Assembly: GCA_035548735.1 (NCBI GenBank) | Contig: DASZSK010000263.1 | Coordinates: forward strand, 8,711 to 72,710 | DNA length: 64,000 nucleotides | Origin: Caulobacterales bacterium | GTDB taxonomy: Bacteria > Pseudomonadota > Alphaproteobacteria > Caulobacterales > Aquidulcibacteraceae | Direction of reading: 5' to 3' | Shown here: in pieces, positions 27,798 to 36,338 of the stretch | Position numbering within the stretch: position 1 is the first letter of the stretch | Layout of the letters: every line of letters begins with the position of its first letter | Translations under genes and position numbers: made by a program | Notes under the pieces: generated by a model | Told to the model about the DNA's origin: nothing | Database searches by the model: none | What the model saw: the letters and a program-made list of their open reading frames with translations, nothing else

Positions 27798-28532
27798 TTA
27801 GGTCTCCACCCGCCGCGCCAGGACGCGCGCTTGCGCGCCATCGCCGCCGACGATCGGCAGTGCGCCGAACGAGAACTCGACGCGTTCATTGGCGAGCGCA
27901 GCGTGGCCGGTGAGATGTTCGCAGATCAGAATGCCATGCCCGAGCAGGAGTTTGTGCACCGGCCAGTCGAAACCAGGTTTGCGCAGGTGGTAGACGAGGT
28001 CGGGCGTGGCGAAGTCGCAGGCGAGCATCTTGATGCGCCGCTGATAGAGCCAGAGCGCCGCATCCGGACTGAAGCTCGGGTGGCGTTCGTATTCCGGCGT
28101 TCCGAAGCGTTTGGCCCAGCCGGTGTCGACGGCGAGGATATCGCCTTCGCGGATCATCGGTCTGCAGCGTTCGAGATCGGCCGCGTCGATGACCTGATCG
28201 AGATTGGCGTCGATGCGCCAGACGACGCCCGCGCCGCACAGGCGATCTGGCGGGATCGAGGCCATGTCGGGCGAGTCATTGAAATAGTGCAGCGGCGCGT
28301 CGACATGGGTGCCGGCGTGCGCGACCATATGGATGTCGGTGACGTTGAACGGATCCTGCGGGACCGTTTTGAGGCGTCCGAACGTGGGCTTCGGAAAGAT
28401 CGAGGCGCAGGGCATGTCCGGTCCGACGCGGTGCGTGAGATCGATCCACGCGCCCGATGGCCTCATCGGCTTATTTTCTGGCAGTTCGATCCAGCCGCGC
28501 CAGCCCGGCTGCTTGGGGCATTGATCGCACAT
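27798..28532 (-). CDS. Cyclase family protein (kynurenine formamidase-like fold)
   Basis: HAGTHVDAPLHY motif. Start moved to the ATG at 28532, behind GAAGGAAG. The upstream part of track ORF 27798..28976 overlaps the next gene out of frame. Confidence 0.8.
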   Translation of the reverse strand: MCDQCPKQPGWRGWIELPENKPMRPSGAWIDLTHRVGPDMPCASIFPKPTFGRLKTVPQDPFNVTDIHMVAHAGTHVDAPLHYFNDSPDMASIPPDRLCGAGVVWRIDANLDQVIDAADLERCRPMIREGDILAVDTGWAKRFGTPEYERHPSFSPDAALWLYQRRIKMLACDFATPDLVYHLRKPGFDWPVHKLLLGHGILICEHLTGHAALANERVEFSFGALPIVGGDGAQARVLARRVET

Positions 28533-28543
28533 GCTGGCTTCCT

Positions 28544-29098
28544 TCAGGCCTTTCCGCTCGGCGCGTCCCAGGAACGCACCGGTTCGGTGTCTGGTTCGAG
28601 TTGAACAGCGTTGGCGATCAGCGCCGTGCCGACATAGCTGCCGATAATGATCATCATTTCGACGACAATGCTGTCGCCGAAGAAATCGCGCATCTTTTCG
28701 AGCGTCGTATCGGAGACGCCTTCGTTGGCGACGACCTCGTCCGTGAACTCGGCGACCGTGCGCTCCTTTGCGGAAAAGCCGCTGTAATCGCCGGCGAGCA
28801 ACGCCTGCTGTTGCGCAGGCGTGAAGCCGAGATTGGCGGAGATCGAGATGTGGTGATGCAGCTCGTATTCGCAGTGCGTGAGTTGCGCCACGCGCAATAT
28901 CAGCACTTCGCGCAAGCGCTGGTCGATGGTGGTGTCGTAGATCATGGCGCGCTTGAACGCGTAATTCGCGCGCCAAAGCCCATCGGCGGCCGACAAGGCC
29001 AGGCGCGTGACATTGAGAACGGGTCTGTCCGGGTAGCCCACCGCATCGCGCTTCTCCTGCGAGAGCTTCGCCCAGTCGGGATAAGGAACGCGGCTCAT
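28544..29098 (-). CDS. Carboxymuconolactone decarboxylase (AhpD-like) family protein
   Basis: 184 aa with motif RVAQLTHCEYELHHH. Overlaps the upstream ALDH stop by 4 nt. Confidence 0.8.
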   Translation of the reverse strand: MSRVPYPDWAKLSQEKRDAVGYPDRPVLNVTRLALSAADGLWRANYAFKRAMIYDTTIDQRLREVLILRVAQLTHCEYELHHHISISANLGFTPAQQQALLAGDYSGFSAKERTVAEFTDEVVANEGVSDTTLEKMRDFFGDSIVVEMMIIIGSYVGTALIANAVQLEPDTEPVRSWDAPSGKA

Positions 29099-30582
29099 GT
29101 CTGCACCGCGAAGGGATCGCGCTCGGCCTCGGAAAGATTAATCATCACGTTCTTGGTCGTGACAAATTCCATCAGCCCTTCCTGGCCGCGTTCGCGCCCG
29201 AAGCCGCTTTCCTTGACGCCGCCGAAGGGCGTTTGCGCAGCGACCGCGCGATAAGTGTTCACCCACACCATGCCGGTGCGCAACGCCGCGGAGACGCGAT
29301 GCATGCGGTTAAGGCTTTGCGTCCAGATGCCGGAGGCGAGACCGAACGGCGTATCGTTGGCGATGGCGATGGCTTCGTCTTCCGTTTCGAAGGGAATGAT
29401 GGACAGAACCGGACCGAAGATTTCCTCGCGCGCGACATGCATCTCGTTGTGGACGTCGGCGAAGATGGTCGGCTGGACGAAGAGCCCGTCCTTCAGTTCG
29501 CCTTCGCGTGCAGGCCCGCCGCCGGCGACGAGGCGCGCGCCATCCTTCTTGGCGACTTCGATGAAGGAGAGGATGCGTTCGAATTGCGGTTCGTTCGCCG
29601 CCGTGCCCATCTCGGTGGCGAGATCGAGCGGATTGCCGAGTTTGATCTTCTTCGCCCGCTCCGCCAGCGCTTCGACAATGCCGGGATAGACGGAGCGCTG
29701 CACCAAGAGGCGCGAGCCGGCGATGCAGGTCTGTCCGGTGGCGGCGAAAATGCCGGCGAGCGCGCCGACCGTCGCTTTTGAAATGTCGGCGTCTTCGAAG
29801 ATGATGTTGGGGGATTTGCCGCCCAGCTCCATGATGACGGGCGTCAGATTGCGACCCGCTGCGGCGCTGATCTCGCGTCCAGCGCGTCCGCTGCCCGTGA
29901 AGGTGATCTTGTCCAAGCCGCCGCCTTCCGCCAGCGCCCTGCTGGCGCGCAGATCGCCGGTCACGACGTTGAATACGCCCTTGGGAAAGCCGGCTTCCTC
30001 CATCAGCTTAGCGAACAGCAGCGTCGTCACTGAAGCGTGCTCGGACGGCTTCACCACCACGCAATTGCCGGCGGCGAGCGCGGCCGGCAGCTTGTTGGCG
30101 AGCAGCGCCATCGGCGAATTCCATGCCGTGATGACGCCGATCACGCCGAGCGGCTCCATGGTCGCGTAATCGAACACGTCGCGCCGATCGAGCGGGATCA
30201 CCTTGCCCCAGATCTTGTCGGCGTAGCCCGCAAAAAAACGATAGACGCGCGCCGCGAAGCGCATCTGCGCGCGCGTCTCGCGGACGATCTTTCCGTTGTC
30301 AGTGGACTCAAGCGTACCCATCATGTCGGCGTCGCGTTCGATCAGATCGGCGAGCCGAAACATGAGGCGCGCACGCTCGACGCCCGGCGTCTCGCGCCAG
30401 GTGCGGTCGAATGCTTCGCGCGCCGCCGCGACCGCTTGCGCGACTTCCGCTTCACCAGCCTGCGCGATGGTCGCCCAAAGCCGCTGATTGAAAGGATTGA
30501 GGGTGGGGAAGCGCTCGCGCGACGCCGGCTCGACCCACTCGCCATTGATATAGAGGCGATAGTCCTGGATCGGCTCCGGCAC
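29095..30582 (-). CDS. NAD(P)-dependent aldehyde dehydrogenase
   Basis: ELGGKSP and catalytic Cys region GQTCIAGSR. A GTG start at 30582 behind AAAGGAGGAG gives 495 aa. The track start at 30663 is probably an extension. Confidence 0.85.
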   Translation of the reverse strand: MPEPIQDYRLYINGEWVEPASRERFPTLNPFNQRLWATIAQAGEAEVAQAVAAAREAFDRTWRETPGVERARLMFRLADLIERDADMMGTLESTDNGKIVRETRAQMRFAARVYRFFAGYADKIWGKVIPLDRRDVFDYATMEPLGVIGVITAWNSPMALLANKLPAALAAGNCVVVKPSEHASVTTLLFAKLMEEAGFPKGVFNVVTGDLRASRALAEGGGLDKITFTGSGRAGREISAAAGRNLTPVIMELGGKSPNIIFEDADISKATVGALAGIFAATGQTCIAGSRLLVQRSVYPGIVEALAERAKKIKLGNPLDLATEMGTAANEPQFERILSFIEVAKKDGARLVAGGGPAREGELKDGLFVQPTIFADVHNEMHVAREEIFGPVLSIIPFETEDEAIAIANDTPFGLASGIWTQSLNRMHRVSAALRTGMVWVNTYRAVAAQTPFGGVKESGFGRERGQEGLMEFVTTKNVMINLSEAERDPFAVQT

Positions 30583-30890
30583 GCTTCCGTCTCCTCCTTT
30601 GGTGCGCTGGCAAGAGAGGCTATCGGCGCCGACAAGGCCAATACCTTTCCAGCGCCCCAGCATAACCCGGCGCGATCAAAGCTAGCGCCACTATTTCCTA
30701 GGAGTGAGATGCCTCCTGGGCATAACTGAATTGCCGCGCGCGTCGCTATTTTCGGATGCGAGGCCAGAAGCCCCTGAGCATGCCCGCGTGCTATCCTGGG
30801 GATGTTCAAAGCTATTGGCCCCTTTGCCCGCATCCGCCGTAGGCAGAGACTGGAGCCCAAGGGCGCTCGCAGTGGGAGTGAGAAGGACGC

Positions 30891-32540
30891 ATGTCGGGAT
30901 CGGGCTTCGGCGATGAATACGATTTTATCGTCGTGGGAGCGGGATCGGCGGGCTGCGCGGTCGCCAACCGGCTTTCAGAGGATGGCGCGCATCGCGTGTT
31001 GTTGATCGAAGCCGGCGGCCCCGACCGCGACATCAATTTTCACATCCCGCTGATGGTGGTGAATCTGCTGAAGGACCCGGACTATACGTGGCCCTTCATC
31101 ACGGAGCCGCAGACGGCGCTCAAAAACCGCACGCAATTGTGGACGCGCGGACGCGTGCTGGGCGGCTCGAGTTCGATCAATGGCAACGTCTATGTGCGCG
31201 GCGATCCGGGCGAGTTCGATTCCTGGAAGGACATGGGGCTGCCTGGCTGGGGCTGGGCCGACATGCTCCCGTATTTCAAGCGCATGGAGCGCTATCTGCC
31301 CGGCGATCCGAAGTTGCGCGGCCATGACGGGCCGATCGGCGTCACCAGCCTCAAGCATTTCGACGAGCTGGCGGACGGATACATCGAAGCCTGCAAGCAG
31401 GCGGGCTTCGACTATGTCGAAGACTATAATGACGGCCATTATGAGGGCGCGTCGTATCTGCAATATTCGACGCGTCGCGGGTTTCGTTCGTCATCGGCGG
31501 TCGGCTATCTTCGCCCGGCCAAGCATCGGCAGAATCTCGACGTGCTGACCGATACGGTGGTGACGCGCGTGCTGATCCAGGATCGTGCGGCGACCGGCGT
31601 GGAGATCAGTCGCGCCGGCGCGGTGAAGCCGATCAAGGCGCGCAAGGAAGTGATTATCGCGGCCGGGCCAGTGAATTCACCAAAATTGTTGGAGCTGTCC
31701 GGCATCGGCCGCGGCGACATCCTGCAGCAATTCGGCATTCCGGTGATTCAGGAACTGCGCGGCGTCGGTGAGAATTTGCGCGACCACCCCAATACGCGGC
31801 TGACGTTTGAGTGCAGCAAGCCGATCACCATCAACGACGCGCTGCAGCGCAATTCGGTGAAGGTGAAGGAGGGGCTCAAATACGCGCTGTTCGGCAAAGG
31901 CCTGCTGTCGATCTGTTCGGCCGTGGCGCACACTGTGATGCGTTCTTCTCCGGACGAGCCGCGGCCCGACCTGAAGCTGCAATTGCAGCCTTTCTCCGGC
32001 AAGGATCGCTATGCGCGCCGCCCGCAGGACGGGCTCGACGCCTTCTCCGGTTTCACCGTCGGCGTTATGGGCTTACGCCCGCGCTCCGCGGGCTGGACGC
32101 ATGTCGCGTCGCCCGATCCGCTCGCCTATCCGAAGATCGATCCGAAATATCTCGACGATCCGCATGACGCGCAGGTGCTGCTGACTGGGATCAAGGCTGT
32201 GCGGCGCGTGGCGAGTTTTCCAGCGATGGCGAAGCTGATCGTGCGCGAAACGCGGCCCGGCGATAGCGCGACGACGGACGATCAGATCCTCGACTATATC
32301 CGCGAGACGACGCAAACCACCTGGCACATCGTGGGCAGCTGCAAAGCGGGCACGGATGCGGACGCCGTCGTCGATCCGGATTTGCGCGTGCGCGGCATCA
32401 GCCAGCTTCGCGTGATCGATTCCTCGATTTTCCCGACCATTCCATCGTCGAACACCAATGCGCCAACCATCGCGCTCGGCGAACGCGGTGCGGAAATCGT
32501 CTTGAACGCGTGGCGCAATCTGGCCAAGGCGGCGGCGTGA
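30891..32540 (+). CDS. GMC family oxidoreductase (choline dehydrogenase-like flavoprotein)
   Basis: YDFIVVGAGSAGCAVANRLSED FAD motif, GGSSSINGNVY, and a C-terminal H...N active-site region (TWHIVGSC, PSSNTNAP). Confidence 0.85.
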   Translation: MSGSGFGDEYDFIVVGAGSAGCAVANRLSEDGAHRVLLIEAGGPDRDINFHIPLMVVNLLKDPDYTWPFITEPQTALKNRTQLWTRGRVLGGSSSINGNVYVRGDPGEFDSWKDMGLPGWGWADMLPYFKRMERYLPGDPKLRGHDGPIGVTSLKHFDELADGYIEACKQAGFDYVEDYNDGHYEGASYLQYSTRRGFRSSSAVGYLRPAKHRQNLDVLTDTVVTRVLIQDRAATGVEISRAGAVKPIKARKEVIIAAGPVNSPKLLELSGIGRGDILQQFGIPVIQELRGVGENLRDHPNTRLTFECSKPITINDALQRNSVKVKEGLKYALFGKGLLSICSAVAHTVMRSSPDEPRPDLKLQLQPFSGKDRYARRPQDGLDAFSGFTVGVMGLRPRSAGWTHVASPDPLAYPKIDPKYLDDPHDAQVLLTGIKAVRRVASFPAMAKLIVRETRPGDSATTDDQILDYIRETTQTTWHIVGSCKAGTDADAVVDPDLRVRGISQLRVIDSSIFPTIPSSNTNAPTIALGERGAEIVLNAWRNLAKAAA

Positions 32541-33712
32541 TGAAGATCGAGCGGCTCGAACTGTTCGTGACGGAGCTGCCGGTTCGGCTGCAGCGCACGT
32601 TTTCGAGCGGCAGTTACGACACCGGCCCGAAAGGCCAGTTGCTCGGCAAGCCGGTTTTTCTGAAGTTGCATGCCGAGGGCGTCACCGGCGTTGCGCAAAT
32701 CCGGCCGATCAGTCCGGGCCATTTCGTGACGGACACGGTGCATAGCGTGCTCGGCGCGATCAAAGACATCTACGGCCCGCTGCTGATCGGGCGGCGCGTT
32801 GCGGATTTCGAAGCGAACGATGCGTTGATGACCTCGCGTCTGCCGGGCAATCCCGCAGCGCGCGCGCTGATCGACATCGCCATGCACGACGCGCTGGGCA
32901 AGGCGCTCGGCGTTCCGGTCCACGATCTGATCGGCGGACGTGCGCAAGCGACGATCCCGCTCGAATGGTCGGTCAGCCTTTACGACGATGTCAGCAAAAT
33001 GATCGCCGACGCCCGCCGCGCCGTCGAGGAGTTCGGCATCCGCGTCCTGTGCCTAAAGGCTGCGGGAAAGGGCGGTTGGCGCAGGGATGTAGGCAATTTC
33101 CGCGCGGTGCGTGAAGCGGTGGGCGCGGACGTCATGATCGGCGTCGATCCGAATACGGGTTGGTCTGTGGCGGAGACGGTGCAGGCGCTGAACGCGATGC
33201 GCGAGATGGATGTCGGCTATTGCGAGCAGCCGATCGATCGCCGCGATCTGCGCGGGCTGGCGCTGATCCGCGCGCAGGCCGGCGGTGTGTCGATCATGAC
33301 GGACGAAAGCCTGTTCACTGTGCGCGACGCGGCCGAGATCGCGGAAGCGGGCGCCGCCGACGTGTTTTGCGTGAAGCTTTACAAAGTCGGCGGGCTGACG
33401 CCTGCGCGGAAGATCGCCGCGGTCGGCGAAGCGCATCGCATCAGTGTGAATTGTGGCGGACTGGCGGTTGCGTCGCAATTCGAAGCCGCCGCCGCCGCTC
33501 ACTATTGCGCGTCGATCCCGGCGTCGCGAACGTTTGGCGCGGCCGAATTCGTGTTCGGGGTGGGCGTCTTGGGCGACGATCCGCTAGTGGCCGATGGCGC
33601 GATGACGATCAAAGGCGGCGCGGTCGCCGTGCCAACCGGGCCGGGGCTCGGGCTCACACTCGACGAGGCGGCGCTCAAGCGGATGACGCTAAGCGAAATT
33701 GTGGTCGCCTAA
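32540..33712 (+). CDS. Enolase-superfamily enzyme (mandelate racemase / muconate lactonizing enzyme family)
   Basis: The ATG at 32540 overlaps the GMC stop (GTGATG). MKIERLELF... followed by metal-ligand regions IGVDPN, CEQP, IMTDES. Confidence 0.8.
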   Translation: MKIERLELFVTELPVRLQRTFSSGSYDTGPKGQLLGKPVFLKLHAEGVTGVAQIRPISPGHFVTDTVHSVLGAIKDIYGPLLIGRRVADFEANDALMTSRLPGNPAARALIDIAMHDALGKALGVPVHDLIGGRAQATIPLEWSVSLYDDVSKMIADARRAVEEFGIRVLCLKAAGKGGWRRDVGNFRAVREAVGADVMIGVDPNTGWSVAETVQALNAMREMDVGYCEQPIDRRDLRGLALIRAQAGGVSIMTDESLFTVRDAAEIAEAGAADVFCVKLYKVGGLTPARKIAAVGEAHRISVNCGGLAVASQFEAAAAAHYCASIPASRTFGAAEFVFGVGVLGDDPLVADGAMTIKGGAVAVPTGPGLGLTLDEAALKRMTLSEIVVA

Positions 33713-34647
33713 ACCGGCGCGGATTGGAAATCCCGCACCGCTTGCTTTACAACCGACGGCGTCAACGACGGCCCGACCGATTGCACGAAATCCAGCAAAA
33801 ACGGCCGCAAATAGGTGTTGGGACGCAGCACGACCTTGGCCGTGCTGGAGGGTAGAATGCCGGCGGCGTCGCGCGCCTCGATGCCGACGTCGCGCTCTTT
33901 GTCATAAGTCAGCGACGCAAGAATGCCGATGCCGAGCCCCATGCTGACATAGGTCTTGCAGACATCGGCATCGATGCCGCTCATGATGATCTTCGGCTCA
34001 AGCCCAGCATTGCTGAACGCCTTCAGCACTTTCCAGTGGCCGCTATAGCGGGAATCGTAGGTGATGATCGGATACTTGGCGATTTCTTCAAGCGTCAGTT
34101 TCGGCACGCTGAGAATGGGATGGTCGCTCGGCGCGACGACGCAGCGCTGCAGCTCGAAGCAATTGAGCTTAATGAGGTTCGGGAACTCGCGGATCGTCTC
34201 GGTGCAGATGGCGATGTCGGCATCGCCGGAATCCACGAGCGCGCAAATTTCCTCCGGATCGCCCTGCTTCAGCACCAGCTTCACGTTGGGATAATGGTCG
34301 ACGAAGCGCTTGACGATCTTCGGCAGCACATAGCGCGCCTGCGTGTGCGTCGTGCCGATGGTGAAGACGCCCCGATTGCCAGAATGCATGTCCTCCTTCA
34401 GCCGCTTCAGCGCCGCGACGTCGGTGACGACGCGTTGGGCGATCGAGAGCACGATGGCGCCCGGTTCGGTCAAACCGATGATGCGGTTGCGGGTGCGCGT
34501 GAAAATCTCGAAGCCGAGCTCAAGTTCGAGCAGCTGGATTTGCCGGCTGACGCCGGGCTGCGACGAGTGCAACGCCTCGGCGGCCTGCGAGAGGTGGTTG
34601 CCGTGGCGGACGATCTCCACGACGTACCGCAATTGCTGGAGGTTCAT
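33709..34647 (-). CDS. LysR-family regulator of the CysB/Cbl subfamily
   Basis: MNLQQLRYVVEIVRHGNHLSQAAEALHSSQPGVSRQIQLLELELG...TTHTQARYVLP...DADVCKTYVSMGLGIGILAS is collinear with E. coli CysB as recalled. Start placed at the ATG at 34647. Confidence 0.85.
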   Translation of the reverse strand: MNLQQLRYVVEIVRHGNHLSQAAEALHSSQPGVSRQIQLLELELGFEIFTRTRNRIIGLTEPGAIVLSIAQRVVTDVAALKRLKEDMHSGNRGVFTIGTTHTQARYVLPKIVKRFVDHYPNVKLVLKQGDPEEICALVDSGDADIAICTETIREFPNLIKLNCFELQRCVVAPSDHPILSVPKLTLEEIAKYPIITYDSRYSGHWKVLKAFSNAGLEPKIIMSGIDADVCKTYVSMGLGIGILASLTYDKERDVGIEARDAAGILPSSTAKVVLRPNTYLRPFLLDFVQSVGPSLTPSVVKQAVRDFQSAPV

Positions 34648-34779
34648 GAATTTCGCTCGCTCACCATCGCCATATTGCATGCTAGCATATAATAATATGT
34701 CGTGCGATTATAGTGCGTCCCGCTATTTTCGCTGCAGTCCCCGCGCCCACCGGTCGGGGCGCGGTTGGACGGGTAAGGG

Positions 34780-36297
34780 ATGGCGGATCGGCAGGCTTAT
34801 GACGTCGTCGTTGTCGGCGGAGGCAACGCGGCGCTGTGCGCAGCGATCAGCGCCACGAACGAGGGCGCGCGCGTGCTGCTGCTTGAGCGCTCGCCCATCG
34901 AAGAGCGCGGCGGCAACAGCGCCTACACCGATGGGCTGATGCGCACCGTTTACAATGGCGCAGACGACATCCGCGCGTTTTGTCCCGATCTCACCGACGA
35001 GGAAGTCGCGGTCAGCGATTTCGGGGCCTACACCGAAGCAGATTTCTTCGACGACATGGCGCGGATCACGCAGTACCGCACCGATCCCGATCTCTGCGAA
35101 TTGCTCGTCACGCGCAGCCGCGAAACCATCCTCTGGCTGCGCGACCAGGGCGTCGGCTTCTTTCCGAACTACGGCCGCCAAGCCTATCGCGTGAACGGAC
35201 GCTTCAAGTTCTGGGGCGGCGCGACGATTGCGGTGAAGGCCGGCGGTCCAGGCTTGGTGGAAGCCTTGTTCAAGGCGGCTGAGAAGAAGGGCGTTTCGAT
35301 CCGCTACAATGCCTGGGTGCGCGAGCTGGTGCACGATGAAAGCGGCGTGTCCGGCGTCGTGCTGATCAATGAACAGGGCGTGCGCGAGACGATCCGCGCG
35401 AATGCGGTTGTGCTCGCTTGCGGCGGCTTCGAAGCCAACGCCGAATGGCGCGCCAAATATCTCGGACCGGGTTGGGACCTGGCGAAGGTGCGCGGCTCAC
35501 GCTTCAATACTGGCGACGGCCTCTCGATGGCGCTGGAAGCAGGTGCGCAATCCTACGGGCATTGGTCGGGCTGCCACGCCGTGTCGTGGGAGCGCAATGC
35601 GATGGATTTCGGTGATCTGACGCTGACGCCGCAATATCAGCGCCATTCGTATCCGTTCTGCTTGATGGTGAACATCGAAGGAAAGCGCTTCGTCGACGAG
35701 GGCGCGGACTTCCGCAACTATACCTACGCCAAATATGGCCGCGCGGTGCTTCAGCAGCCGGGGCAGGTGGCGTGGCAGGTGTTTGACTCGAAAGTCGTGC
35801 ATCTGCTGCGCGACGAGTATCGCATGCGCAGCGTCACCAAGGTTCGCGCCGACACGCTCGAAGAGTTGGCCGACAGGATGGAGGACGTCGACAAGGCGCA
35901 GTTCCTGGCCACGGTTGCTGAGTTCAATGCTTCCGTGAAAGAGGACGCCGCGTTCGACCCCAATGTGAAAGACGGCCGCAGCGCCTCGAGCAACGGCGTT
36001 GTGCGCAGCAATTGGGCCAACAAGATCGATACCGGCCCGTTTGAAGCCTATGCGGTGACCTGCGGCGTCACCTTCACCTTCGGCGGCGTGCGCGTCTCGA
36101 CGCACGGCGAAGTCGTCGATACGGGCGGCAAGGCGATCCCCGGTCTGTTCGCCGCAGGCGAAATGATCGGCGGCATTTTCTACCACAACTATCCCGGCGC
36201 CAGCGGGCTCACCAGCGGTTCGGTGTTCGGACGCCTGGCGGGAAGCGGGGCTGCTACGTACGCAAAGTCTCGCAGCGTCGCGGTCGCCGCAGCTTGA
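34780..36297 (+). CDS. FAD-dependent dehydrogenase, TcuA (tricarballylate dehydrogenase)-like / fumarate reductase flavoprotein family
   Basis: YDVVVVGGGNAALCAAISA...ERGGNS N-terminus resembles TcuA. 505 aa. C-terminal GLFAAGEMIGG. Confidence 0.7.
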   Translation: MADRQAYDVVVVGGGNAALCAAISATNEGARVLLLERSPIEERGGNSAYTDGLMRTVYNGADDIRAFCPDLTDEEVAVSDFGAYTEADFFDDMARITQYRTDPDLCELLVTRSRETILWLRDQGVGFFPNYGRQAYRVNGRFKFWGGATIAVKAGGPGLVEALFKAAEKKGVSIRYNAWVRELVHDESGVSGVVLINEQGVRETIRANAVVLACGGFEANAEWRAKYLGPGWDLAKVRGSRFNTGDGLSMALEAGAQSYGHWSGCHAVSWERNAMDFGDLTLTPQYQRHSYPFCLMVNIEGKRFVDEGADFRNYTYAKYGRAVLQQPGQVAWQVFDSKVVHLLRDEYRMRSVTKVRADTLEELADRMEDVDKAQFLATVAEFNASVKEDAAFDPNVKDGRSASSNGVVRSNWANKIDTGPFEAYAVTCGVTFTFGGVRVSTHGEVVDTGGKAIPGLFAAGEMIGGIFYHNYPGASGLTSGSVFGRLAGSGAATYAKSRSVAVAAA

Positions 36298-36338
36298 AGC
36301 ACACACTCAACATAGTCTGAACGCGCAAGGCAAAGCAG

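Noticed and set aside
27798-28976. 392-aa track ORF extending the cyclase gene upstream
   Set aside because: The upstream 148 aa are low-complexity and overlap the CMD gene in another frame. A good RBS plus ATG at 28532 gives a normal 244-aa cyclase. Similar composite ORFs were trimmed at 56181..57398, 43980..44903, 45938..47050, 62899..63921, 24419..26104, 29095..30663, 21526..22539 and 17022..17912.
30745-30754. The 10-mer GCTATTTTCG is shared between the ALDH/GMC promoter (30745..30754) and the CysB-like/TcuA-like promoter (34722..34731)
   Set aside because: A single 10-nt match between two intergenic regions of this size has a chance probability of several percent by rough estimate, and there is no palindromic or repeat structure around it.
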